Shown here: positions 53,606 to 63,998 of the stretch, piece by piece | Numbering within the stretch: position 1 is the first letter of the stretch | Layout of the letters: every line of letters starts with the position of its first letter | Origin: Corallochytrium limacisporum Hawaii | Lineage: Eukaryota; Protista; Pluriformea | Length of the DNA stretch: 64,000 nucleotides | NCBI GenBank assembly: GCA_002811645.1 | Contig: PDIP01000078.1 | Span: forward strand, 1-64,000 | Direction of reading: 5' to 3' | The notes under the pieces: generated by a model | Database searches by the model: none | The model's input: only the letters and a program-made list of their open reading frames with translations | Told to the model about the DNA's origin: nothing | Made by a program: the position numbers and the translations under genes

Positions 53606-54955
53606 TTATGTGCGGTATTCGCCATTGATTTTGACGTACTCATAGGAGAAATCACAGGTCCAGTAGACAGCCTCTTCCGTACCCTTACCAATGTCTACGA
53701 CGACAAAGATATCTTCACCTTGGAAGATGGCTGTGCTTTTGTCTTCGTCCACCTTGTAGCGAGCGCCACCCTTGACCAAGTGCATGATCTCAGAATCTTC
53801 AGGGAGCTCCCAAGAGGACGTCAATCCCTCGGGTATGTCCGTATCGGTGCCAGCACCGAGGTAAACATTGACTTTGGTTTGGTCGAAGTCAACGCCACTG
53901 TACCCCGCCGCACAGACTACACGTCCCCAGTTGGCATCACCGCCGAACATAGCAGTCTTGACCAAGGCTGAGGTGGCAATACTTTCTGCAACTCGACGAG
54001 CCTCGGATGTGCTGTCCGCACCAGTGACCTTGACACTGATGAACTTTGTTGCACCCTCACCGTCTCGAACCATGAGCTGGGCGAGTTCTTTGCAAAGATC
54101 GATGAGCGCACTTTGGAACATTCGCAGGTCTTCGGGCTGGCTGGCAGAAATCTCCACATTCGCTTCACCATTACTCAACAGCACCACGGCATCATTTGTA
54201 GAAGTATCACCATCCACAGTCACACAGTTGAAGCTTTGGTCCACAGCGGTGCGAAGGGTAGCCTGCAACAATTCTGATTCAATTTCGGCATCGGTGCAGA
54301 TGCATCCGAGCATGGTCGCCATGTTGGGGTGGATCATGCCCACACCCTTAGATAGACCAGCTAATTGAATAGTCTGACCATTGGTCAGGGTAACTTCTCG
54401 AGTCCTCAGCTTAGGGAATGTATCCGTGGTCATCATGCCCTCGGAGGCGTCCTTCCAGGCAACCTCTGTGTCTGACAACTGGGGAGCTAATTTCTTAATG
54501 CCCGCCACAATCTTGTCAATGGGCAAATGTTCACCAATCACGCCTGTGCTCATTACATAGAATGAATTACCCTTCGTAGCTTCTTGGGCAATTTCAGCCA
54601 TCTTGTATGAGTTTGCAAGCCCCTGCTCGCCGGTACAAGCATTGGCACAGCCAGAGTTGATCACTAGACCACTAACAGGAGCATTCTTTGCCAGCAAGGC
54701 CCTACCATGAATCACAGGAGCAGCGCTGAACACGTTTTGAGTAAACATGGCTGCATGGTTACAGGGCTTTGTTGAAGAAATCATCACGAGATCACGGGCT
54801 GTCTTCTTTATTCCCGCATTGAGGGAACCCACCCGGAATCCAACAGGGAACTTCATGCTCCTAGTTTCCATACACCTTCCCTCACCGATATCGAACGGCA
54901 TATGGTCCGTCTGATCTGACCAAGTGAACTTCCTCCAAGGTGTCCACAAATTCAT
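53606..54955 (-). CDS. argJ: Ornithine/glutamate N-acetyltransferase (ArgJ/Arg7)
   Basis: FPVGF, INSGCANACTG, STGVIG, MTTDTFPK, KGVGMIHPNMATML (autoproteolytic Thr), DGDTSTND, DGEGATK, DANWGR, CDFSYEYVKINGEYRT. The start is uncertain; the first ATG is at 54955. Confidence 0.95.
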   Translation of the reverse strand: MNLWTPWRKFTWSDQTDHMPFDIGEGRCMETRSMKFPVGFRVGSLNAGIKKTARDLVMISSTKPCNHAAMFTQNVFSAAPVIHGRALLAKNAPVSGLVINSGCANACTGEQGLANSYKMAEIAQEATKGNSFYVMSTGVIGEHLPIDKIVAGIKKLAPQLSDTEVAWKDASEGMMTTDTFPKLRTREVTLTNGQTIQLAGLSKGVGMIHPNMATMLGCICTDAEIESELLQATLRTAVDQSFNCVTVDGDTSTNDAVVLLSNGEANVEISASQPEDLRMFQSALIDLCKELAQLMVRDGEGATKFISVKVTGADSTSEARRVAESIATSALVKTAMFGGDANWGRVVCAAGYSGVDFDQTKVNVYLGAGTDTDIPEGLTSSWELPEDSEIMHLVKGGARYKVDEDKSTAIFQGEDIFVVVDIGKGTEEAVYWTCDFSYEYVKINGEYRT

Positions 54956-57620
54956 ATCTTGCCGGTACAACTAGACCTGTGTGCTTGCTTCTGGCTCACC
55001 GAAACACTTGCTAATTGAGGCCTTCCCGCCGGGTCACGATCGCAGATCAGTGCCAGGGTGAGTGTCCCAGTGGCTTTCTTTGATGTTTCTCACCTTTCAT
55101 CTTGAGTTCTGGCCTGTAAATCCCTCCCCCACAAGTACACGCGACAAAACGGGAAAGAAATACAATATAGCCAAAAGCAGAGCACCCCGGAATTCTCACA
55201 GTGAACATAGCCCGAGTGGCCGTGGGGTACTTGGCTCGCGAGGGGTCCACACAACTGAAAGGGAGCGAATGCTGATCTACCATCAAAAACTATCACCCGC
55301 TTCTCTGGAGGGTCCGGCCGATCATTATGTGGCGAGTTGGGAGTCCATTTATGTCGGTGACGAAAGGAAAGGGAAGGCCAGGCTTGGTAGTCAACCAATG
55401 GTAACCCGCATACTGAAATTACCGTCCATCACATGAAACTATGTTAATGCTCAGCGGATTGGAGGTCGATGACGGATCGTGGCACGGTGATGGCAACTAC
55501 TACGCATCCAACTATGATTGGAACTAGTATTCTGTGGCTCCACTGCCATTCATCGTCCCATCCACCGCAAGCCAAACCTACCCAGAAAGAGAGATGACCC
55601 TGAATGTGTGGTTCACTTTGCAGGCAAAGACTTCAGACTAATCTGGTTTCCCTTTTGCGATTACAAGTCTTTTATATTGATTTCGGGGAAGAAATATCAT
55701 CGATACCAACCGTGCAGGGCCGAGGTGATCCGGCAATTGTCTCCCTTCCCTCTGTTTACCAGGGCAACTCCTGCTGCATACACAAAGAGAGCGGAAGTTA
55801 ACTGGAAACGTGAAAGCGAATCACGAGCAGGGCAACGGGGGACCCCGATTTTGCGGTCAACGGGATCCCAAATTCAAATGCTAGTATTGAGACAGTTTTC
55901 TTCACCCCATGGCACCTAACGAAACTATGTAAAAAAAAATTTGCTGGCACTTGACGACCACGCGCGGGGTGGGAAGCGCGAGGCCGAGATGTCCTTAAAG
56001 CAGTGCTTGTTTGAGTAGGGATTTTCGTGCTTTGGAACCCGGCTCGAGTTCTCTGAGGAAAGGGAATGCGCACGCTGGGGTCTCCGTGGTACATTAATTA
56101 CCGGGAGTTGTTTCTGGCATGGTTCGGCCTTGGCGGGCACCAGCTCTGCGGGAGTTCCATCCTGTACAGGAACGTGAATAAACGTCATTCTTTCGGAGAA
56201 TTGCACGGCCGTTTTGGTTCTCTTGTACGCTTTCACCGTGCTCAGGATGTATAGTAGCTAAGGTGACGACCACTGGCACCCTAAGCAGGGTAAAAGAGCG
56301 TGAAAGGTATTGCACCCCAGTCGTATAAAGGTAAAAGCACGGGTGCGTGTGTGTCGCGCCATCCAAAACTCGCACAAACAGAGTTGGTGCAATGGACTAT
56401 TCGAAGCTGCACCGAGCCGTTATGACCGGTGTGTACGCGCGTATTGGCCCTGCGGCGAATCCCTATGGAAGGGTTCTGGCATGTGATTAGCCATTCTACT
56501 ACTTTCAAGAGTGCTGTGTGGTTGGCAAATTAATAAAACAAGCAGGCACGGTTCGTGTCAAGAATTGGATTTTTTTTTTTCATTTCTTTTGGTCATCTAT
56601 AGTCAGTTAGTCAGTTGTATAAAACACCATGGAAGCCCAATGCTGAAGTATTTACTGCTTCGCATCCGGCAACCGGAGGTGCAGGCCATGTTAAGCAAGG
56701 AGATTATCGATAGTCCCGTTACGAATTGCAATTTATCGAATCGACCAACCAGCCAAACCGGCACTTGCGTTCTTTGTCTTAGGCGTTTGTTGGGCGGCAA
56801 AATTGAAAAGAGGATGACTATCTAAAACACACCCGCATCCTCAACAACAAGGATACCGGCACAATTGTGAGAGCGCAGTCTAATTAAAAAAAGGCATTGT
56901 TCAGTACGTCCATGTCGTAGCGTTGTAGCTTGGTGATGTGTGGGTATGACATTGGCCATCGAGGGCGCACAACAAACACATCCACGCTACCCAATCCACC
57001 TCCCCTGGCCACATACGCGACCGTACGTACTAGTACGGTCAGTGTGTGGTCCCGGTACTCGTTTAGTGGACAAATCCCACAGGGAAGGAAACGTGTCCTT
57101 CTGGGTATACACTCAGTATTGAACATTGGGCGACGGAGAGAGAGACTTCCCCGGGAAGCGAGCAAACGAGCGTGGGGTCCAGAGCAAGAGACCCAGTGAG
57201 CACGGGTCCAGGAAGTTGTAAGGGGGCTGTAAAGTGAACCGAGGCGTGCCGTGGATTGCAAGTATGGGAAAGTCACAGCCTCCAGGGACCCTTGATTTGG
57301 TTTCTCCCTTGTCCAAGTCTTGGTTGTGATGACGGGAACGACGAGAAATTGAACGTCTGAAAGTTATCATTATTGATAATGTTGCTGGGTACAAGAGGAA
57401 TTTGTCCATGTATGAAATGATGATCTGGACACACTCTCTAGAAATTCACAGGACGTGCGATACTGCTGAGGTAGCAGAAACCTATCCCCAGCAACATAAC
57501 TCCTGAATTTGTGTGTGTTAAGTGGTCAAAGTAACTTCTGCGTTTAGTGTGCAAGACAGTCATTTGTGAAGGCTTTCGGAACTCGTTTGTAAATCAAAAG
57601 AACATTAAAACCAAATCACT

Positions 57621-59358
57621 ATGCGCTTCTTAGCTGGTCTTTGCCGGTCGAAGCAGAAGCCTGCTGAGGTCGCTCCGGAGGCTCACACCAAGGCCAAGAC
57701 AGAAGCTCAGTCCGCTGCAGTCCCTGTGAAGGAGGCTGTCCCTGAGCCCGCCCAGGATGAGGAGGCTGTCCTTGGCATCAAGGTCGAGGAGGCCGTGTCT
57801 GAGCCCGTCAAGGTTGAGAAGGTTGTCCCCGAGGAGGCCAAGGTCGAGGAAGCCAAGGTCGAGGAGGCTGTCTCTGAACCTGCCAAGGTCGAGGAGGCTG
57901 TCCCTGAGCCCGTAAAGGTTGAAGAGGCCAAGGTGGAGGAGACTGTCCCTGAGCCCGCCAAGGTTGAGGAGGCCAAGGTCGAGGAGGCCAAGGTCGAGGA
58001 GGCTGTCCCTGAGCCCGCCAAGGTCGAGGAGGTCAAGGTCGAGGAAGCTACGGTCGAGGAAGCCAAGGTCGAGGAAGCCAAGGTCGAGGAAGCCAAGGTC
58101 GAGGAGGCTGTCCCTGAGNNNNNNNNNNNNNNNNNNNNNNNNNNNNNNNNNNNNNNNNNNNNNNNNNNNNNNNNNNNNNNNNNNNNNNNNNNNNNNNNNN
58201 NNNNNNNNNNNNNNNNNNNNNNNNNNNNNNNNNNNNNNNNNNNNNNNNNNNNNNNNNNNNNNNNNNNNNAAGGTTGAAGAGGCCAAGGTCGAGGAGGCCA
58301 AGGTCGAGGAGGCTGTCCCTGAGCCCGCCAAGGTCGAGGAGGTCAAGGTCGAGGAGGCTACGGTCGAGGAAGCCAAGGTCGAGGAAGCCAAAGTCGAGGA
58401 AGCCAAGGTCGAGGAGGCTGTCCCTGAGCCTGCCAAGGTTGAGGAAGCGGAAGCCAAGGTTGAGGAGGCTGTCCCTGAGCCCGTAAAGGTTGAAGAGGCC
58501 AAGGTTGAGGAGGCTGTCCCTGAGCCTGTCAAGGTTGAGGAGGCTGTCCCTGAGCCTGTCAAGGTTGAGGAGGCTGTCCCTGAGCCTGCCAAGGTCGAGG
58601 AGGCTGTCCCTGAGCCCGCCAAGGTCGAGGAGGCCAAGGTCGAGGAGGCCAAGGTCGAGGAGGCTGTCCCTGAGCCCGCCAAGGTCGAGGAGGTCAAGGT
58701 CGAGGAGGCTGTCCCTGAGCCCGCCAAGGTCGAGGAGGCTGTCCCTGAGCCCGTAAAGGTTGAAGAGGCCAAGGTGGAGGAGACTGTCCCTGAGCCCGCC
58801 AAGGTTGAAGAGGCCAAGGTCGAGGAAGCCAAGGTTGAGGAGGCTGTCCCTGAGCCCGTAAAGGTTGAAGAGGCCAAGGTTGAGGAGGCTGTCCCTGAGC
58901 CTGCCAAGGTTGAGGAGGCTGTCCCTGAGCCTGTCAAGGTTGAGGAGGCTGTCCCTGAGCCTGCCAAGGTTGAGGAGGCTGTCCCTGAGCCCGTAAAGGT
59001 TGAGGAGGCCAAGGTTGAGGAGGCTGTCCCTGAGCCTGCCAAGGTTGAGGAAGCTGTCCCTGAGCCTGTAAAGGCCGAGGAGGCTGTCCCCGAGCCCACC
59101 AAGGTTGAGGAATGTAAGGAGGAGGCTGTCCCCGAGCCCGCCAAGGTCGAGGAAGCCAAGGTCGAGGAAGCCAAGGTCGAGGAAGCCAAGGTTGAGGAAG
59201 CGGAAACCAAGGTTGAGGAGGCCAAGGTCGAGGAGGCCAAGGTCGAAAAGGCTGAGGTTGAGCCCAAGGCTGAGGAGCCCAAGGCCAAGGACGCAAACCC
59301 GGAGCCTGAAGCAACTGAAGCCCCTGCTAAGGAGGCTGCTCCCGAGGCCGCTGCCTAG
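57621..59358 (+). CDS. Low-complexity A/E/K/V/P tandem-repeat protein (PEVK-like), spanning an assembly gap
   Basis: ATG with A at -3. The same AKVEE/AVPEPAKVEE peptide repeats occur on both sides of the gap, with much of the variation at synonymous positions. The frame change across the Ns is attributed to gap sizing. Confidence 0.8.
57735..59250 (+). repeat. Coding minisatellite of 15-bp (gccaaggtcgaggag) and 30-bp (gctgtccctgagcccgccaaggtcgaggag) units
   Basis: Direct reading; the two unit types are interspersed in higher-order blocks. Confidence 0.93.
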
Positions 59359-59682
59359 GAAGCTCCTGTCTCTGAGGACAGACCCGCTAAAGAAGCGGTA
59401 GCCGGTGATCAGGAGAAGATGAGAGCACTGCTTGCGGGTGTCATACACTCGTCAGCATGCTTCTTCTGCTCAAGGTTCTCTTGTTTATTGCTTGTACTTC
59501 TCAAAACATGCACAAGCCTACAAATTCAATTCACAGAGCCAATATGCGCTTTGCCATACACACCACCGCCGCATGTTTTTCTTCACATAGAAATAAAAAT
59601 ATCTTCAAAGCGAAGTTGTAATTCTACATTCTATAGGCAACGCTAGTAAAGAACAATGAACTATTTTCCGACTTCTGCGTCC

Positions 59683-61560
59683 TTATATTCCGTGTGCCTT
59701 ACGCATGAGGTTGTTTCTTCGGGATCGACTGGCAGCACCCTTCAGTCCGATGCTGTACGCACTCGACTCGTACACTTTCTCTACGCTGTTGTTGGCGTCC
59801 CTGTCTTGACCATTGTTGCGGCCTCTTACTTGGTCACTGTTCTCAACTATGGGCTTTCCAAGCAATGCTTGGGAATCTACGACCGTCAGCATAAGCTCTG
59901 CTCGGTTTTTAGTGCCACCAGCGTACGATGATGCCATGGCTGTACGTTGGATCAAATGCTCCATTCCGGGTGGCACCAACATCTTCACAAAAGTCTCCCT
60001 CTGTTCCGGGTCGTAGCCGATTGAAGAGATCACCGCATAGCCTTCCATGGGCACCACTGCTGGATTTGCTTCCACAGTCCGGAGCACAGCCTGCGTCTTG
60101 GGCATTCGGAAAGTCTTAAATTTTGGTCGTTTGGTGATGGCAATAACCGCCACAACATTACCCTGCAGACCCACCAACAGTTCTGCCGGAGAGACAAGAT
60201 TCAGGGCGGTGCCAAACATGACCCGCCCAATGGGCACCTGCAGGATACGGTGATTGAGCAGAGATTTGATAATGACCTGCCTTCTACGTCTACTCGAGGA
60301 CACAGACGGCATGGTACTATTGCGACCAATGACAGACACAGACACGGCCTCGCAGTGTGGCGGTGATGTGCATGGATTGAGAGTCATTTGTTCCTTTCCG
60401 CTTGTTTGTGTATGATTGGCGAAGCGTTTCGGATAGTCATCCGCTGGTTCGGGCAGTGCCCTCGGCTCAGATGCACCGCCACCGCCGCATCCGGCCTCCA
60501 AAGACAAACAGAAGCGGGGTTCCGTGATGGTATAGACAGCGGACAGCAGGTGCCACCCTAGGCCCTTGATCCAGCCCTGGGTGTTTATGAGAACAGTTGC
60601 ACGAGGAGGAGGTGATACTGACGATGATGCCGTGTTTAGATGCGCTCGCATGGACTTAACTGCCGCCTTCACCGCTTCAATGAATTTCGCTGGTTGATCC
60701 CCCGCATTGTTGAATCCGACGCAAAAACTCTGTACTTTTTCTTTCGACGGTCCTCCAGCTCCCGTGCGCATGTAATTGGCACCGAACAGTGGGTCTGTAC
60801 CGCAGTACCAATTCACACATCCCGGTAAGCCGATCTCCGGCTGCCCTAGATCACAGTCAAGAATGTAAGCGGGCCCGCGCTGAACTGCGCAGTTCCAGAG
60901 ATAGCGCACGAGTGTGCTCTTTCCTTGACCTTTGGAACCATAGACTAGAGCAGAAGTGAAGGGTAGATGAAAATCTTGCCCACCAGGTGGCTTCTGCAAA
61001 TCCTCCGCAATGCGCTGGTTTGCAGACATCCAGTCGTTCGGGATGACGAGCGTTGGCACGGTGGGCAGGACTTCGCTAAGTATCAGATAGCTCTGACCAT
61101 GTGACAATACTTCCTCATTATTAGCCTCCTCTTCTCTCTCAGTAAGAGTGGGCCGCGGCGGCAGGCCGTAGTCCTCGAGCTCTGCTAGCTGAGGTCCTAA
61201 CAGTGAGTCTAGAGCTTCAATCACCAGACTCGACTCGTTCGCGATGGAGACGACAGGCAGCACCGTTTCTATCGGTAGGGAGTAGACCTCGAATCCATGG
61301 GATCCAAGGTTTTGCTCCGTAATGATGTAGCCATTAACAGCTGCACTACCTGCAACAATTCTGTAATGGCCTACAATGTAAATAACTTCTCCCGCTTTCT
61401 CAAAGTGAATCTTGTGGCCGCGGGGCTGCTTTTCAATCACTATTGATCCCTGTGTTGCTGCACTCTGCACCGTGACCACCTGTACAGCATTGTGCCCAAC
61501 GTTTTCCGTGTCTTTCGCAACACTGAAGGCGCTCACAGGGCCTGATCCGGCATTACTCAT
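59683..61560 (-). CDS. NOL9: Polynucleotide 5'-hydroxyl kinase NOL9/Grc3 (Clp1 family)
   Basis: 625 aa; P-loop GSKGQGKST, DCDLGQPE..LPG, INTQGWIKGLG, C-terminal RRNNLMRK. Confidence 0.85.
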   Translation of the reverse strand: MSNAGSGPVSAFSVAKDTENVGHNAVQVVTVQSAATQGSIVIEKQPRGHKIHFEKAGEVIYIVGHYRIVAGSAAVNGYIITEQNLGSHGFEVYSLPIETVLPVVSIANESSLVIEALDSLLGPQLAELEDYGLPPRPTLTEREEEANNEEVLSHGQSYLILSEVLPTVPTLVIPNDWMSANQRIAEDLQKPPGGQDFHLPFTSALVYGSKGQGKSTLVRYLWNCAVQRGPAYILDCDLGQPEIGLPGCVNWYCGTDPLFGANYMRTGAGGPSKEKVQSFCVGFNNAGDQPAKFIEAVKAAVKSMRAHLNTASSSVSPPPRATVLINTQGWIKGLGWHLLSAVYTITEPRFCLSLEAGCGGGGASEPRALPEPADDYPKRFANHTQTSGKEQMTLNPCTSPPHCEAVSVSVIGRNSTMPSVSSSRRRRQVIIKSLLNHRILQVPIGRVMFGTALNLVSPAELLVGLQGNVVAVIAITKRPKFKTFRMPKTQAVLRTVEANPAVVPMEGYAVISSIGYDPEQRETFVKMLVPPGMEHLIQRTAMASSYAGGTKNRAELMLTVVDSQALLGKPIVENSDQVRGRNNGQDRDANNSVEKVYESSAYSIGLKGAASRSRRNNLMRKAHGI

Positions 61561-62134
61561 TGTTAGTAATAGTCCTGCTGTTTATTACGGACCCGTCGAC
61601 ATAATGCGCTAGAGCTGCTACCGTTCTCCAACGACCACTAGCCTCCAAGATGAGTACGACAATTCGCTTGTTTCCACCAATGACAAGGAGTCATCTGTGC
61701 CGAGCCCTGCCAGATTCTGAAGTACCCATACAGAAGCGTAGGAACAGCAAAACGAGTGACACCCAGAATATTGGCGGTGATCTCACACAGAGCTTTTCCC
61801 ATTGGAACCGGTTACACGCGGTTCAGCAATTTTAGAACTTGTTCTGGCAGAGGGAGGAGCGCTCGGTAACCGACCGACCCGCCTTTGCAGAAACTGGGAA
61901 AATGGGGACGTGGGCGGCCCGGTGGAAAAAAAGGGGGGGGTAAGGGACTCGGTCGGTCCACAGGTATCGTGTCTGTTCCTCAACGGTGGTATAGTTTTTC
62001 TGTTGTATTCTTTTCAATATCATGTAGATCCAATGAGCTCTCTTCATCACAAAGTCTTTATGTACTCCTATGTCTGTAAAATGTCATACGAAACAAGGAA
62101 CGCCTCGGGTTTGATCCAGAACCTCATCTGTCTC

Positions 62135-63169
62135 TCATGCCTTCTGATAGTCTTCTACTTTGATGTGAGTGGCTCCTCCGAAGAAATCAATTAGCAGCAC
62201 ACCATCAATTTTCAGGTTCATAACATGCCAGTCATGACCTCTGGGCCATCCCTTCATGACAGGGTGCTTCTTGAACAGCAAGTCTCTGGCCCGTTCTGCT
62301 TCTGGCCCTTCCAGCACTTCCAACTTTCCCTTCAAGTTCAGCCGGCCACAGCGCGGATCCTCCGGATCGAGATCGAGATTCGAACACACCCCGCCGAGGA
62401 GCATCTCTTCACTCAGGGTCAGCACTGCTTCGGGTGTAGACTGCCGACTCCAGTTGTGGTAGGTCGTGGACATGCTGGAAAGGTAAAACAGTGGCGTGCC
62501 ATCATCCGGGTCTGCAGCCATACTCTCTACCGTGCCGAATGGAATGTTGTCAAACTCGGCCGAGCTCAAGGAGAGAACTGCAAAGGTCCCCTGGTCGACC
62601 ATCCAACGCGCCCGAGCTGCTTTCTTTGTCCATTTCGGACGGTTTCTGGGGATCCTGTCCAAATCTTCGATGGCAGCAGTGGCATCTATTGTTGCCATGG
62701 ACAGGTCTGCTTCCACCTGCTGCTGTTGGGAAATCAGACTACCAGAGAGAAATGAAAGGCCGTCGCCAACGTACAGTCCACCGTCCTCATAATTGTTGTC
62801 ATTGCCGCTGGTCTGTGTCTCAGAGAGATAGTCAGCTGCAAAGAGAATGAATACTAAAAGAAAGAACGTCAGCAGAACTTTGAGAGTAATTATCCGCGCC
62901 ACTAAACGACGGGAGATCATTATGCGTGCCAAGCGCTCCCGCCGAACTTCTTGGATCATGCGATTGTGCGCTTCGGCTTCTAGTTGCTTCCGTGAGGGCG
63001 CAGAGGTTCCCTCTCCTGCATGCTGAGAGCTGGTTACGGTCGTGGTGATCCCGGAGCTCTGGTCTGTAGTATTTCCGCTTTCGTCGCCTCCGACGTGCAC
63101 TGTGGTGCTCTCCCGATGTCCTGCCAGCAGAGGCACAGACTCTTCATTTAATCTGTTGTCTCCAGTCAT
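62135..63169 (-). CDS. CREG1: CREG-family split-barrel protein with N-terminal cytosolic tail and one TM segment
   Basis: 344 aa; ARARWMV, PFG, GTPLFYLS, DPEDPRCGRL, HPVMKGWP..HDW, IDFFGGA..I.VEDY; hydrophobic IITLKVLLTFFLLVFILFAA. Confidence 0.85.
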   Translation of the reverse strand: MTGDNRLNEESVPLLAGHRESTTVHVGGDESGNTTDQSSGITTTVTSSQHAGEGTSAPSRKQLEAEAHNRMIQEVRRERLARIMISRRLVARIITLKVLLTFFLLVFILFAADYLSETQTSGNDNNYEDGGLYVGDGLSFLSGSLISQQQQVEADLSMATIDATAAIEDLDRIPRNRPKWTKKAARARWMVDQGTFAVLSLSSAEFDNIPFGTVESMAADPDDGTPLFYLSSMSTTYHNWSRQSTPEAVLTLSEEMLLGGVCSNLDLDPEDPRCGRLNLKGKLEVLEGPEAERARDLLFKKHPVMKGWPRGHDWHVMNLKIDGVLLIDFFGGATHIKVEDYQKA

Positions 63170-63794
63170 TGCTAGAGAAACTGAAAATTATACCACTTCT
63201 GTCCCTTTGGCTACGCTCGCCTACGGGAGCCTGTGATTCCGGATGTGGCACTGTGACAAGGTAATTTTAAGTACCCCAAGACTGGTCAAATTCTCCCGAG
63301 TTGGTACAAGAGAGAGAAAGCATCCTCGCAACGAAAGTCGGTGTCGAAAATGCACGAAAAGGAGATGGTCACGTCAGATTTGATGATGTGCTAAATGCGT
63401 CTAACACCGTTTTACTATTCTCCGCCGCCACAGACGGCGCATTCCAATATGATTCCCGATGAATGTTATCAAACGTATTACGCAGACCAGCCCGCAGCCA
63501 AGTTCACCGGCCGGCCTTATGCAAAGACGCAGCCGGCTGGAATAGACGAAGAAAGGGGGGGGGGGGCATCGCGTATTCACTAAGGTGAAGAGAGCTGGGC
63601 TGCCCCACCCAGAGGCGCACGTCGAGTGGGGCCGGCGGATCGGGAGGATGTTACAGTACCAGCTGTGACCAGTTCGTTTTGTGTGCTTGACTTCGAAGAT
63701 GATGCCACCAAAACATGGAAGAAAAGACTAGGACTGTTGAAATATCGGCTACGATGATGATCTAATGACGTCTGTTCTTTACATAATGGGCAGC

Positions 63795-63998
63795 TCAGCT
63801 GTTGTTGGGTGCCGGCTTGACCTTTCGCTTGGTGAAGAACTTGCGGTTGACTTGGGGCTGTTCCTTCTGTGTTGTAGGCAGCTGTTCTTCGGACTTGTTT
63901 AAGACTTCCGTCGAGGACGGTGGCGAGTCCGATGAGGACTTGAGGTCAGGTGCGGAGGCTGTGGTCGTCTTGGGCGCAGAGACGGTTTGAGCGCGGGG
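63795..63998 (-). CDS. 3' end of a gene running off the window (hydrophilic C-terminal tail)
   Basis: Open minus-strand frame from the window edge: PRAQTVSAPKTTTASAPDLK...KFFTKRKVKPAPNNS, ending at TGA (63795-63797). Confidence 0.55.
   Translation of the reverse strand, partial: PRAQTVSAPKTTTASAPDLKSSSDSPPSSTEVLNKSEEQLPTTQKEQPQVNRKFFTKRKVKPAPNNS

Noticed and set aside
55047-57409. Short ORFs in the ArgJ/repeat-gene spacer
   Set aside because: No homology cues or consistent coding pattern.
57417-57469. ATGATGA...CTGA, possible C/D-box snoRNA
   Set aside because: Only about 53 nt, with no terminal stem or identifiable rRNA guide.
57630-59448. 552-aa and 466-aa antisense ORFs; CRISPR-like periodicity
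   Set aside because: Stop-free shadows of the coding minisatellite; no unique spacers and no cas genes.
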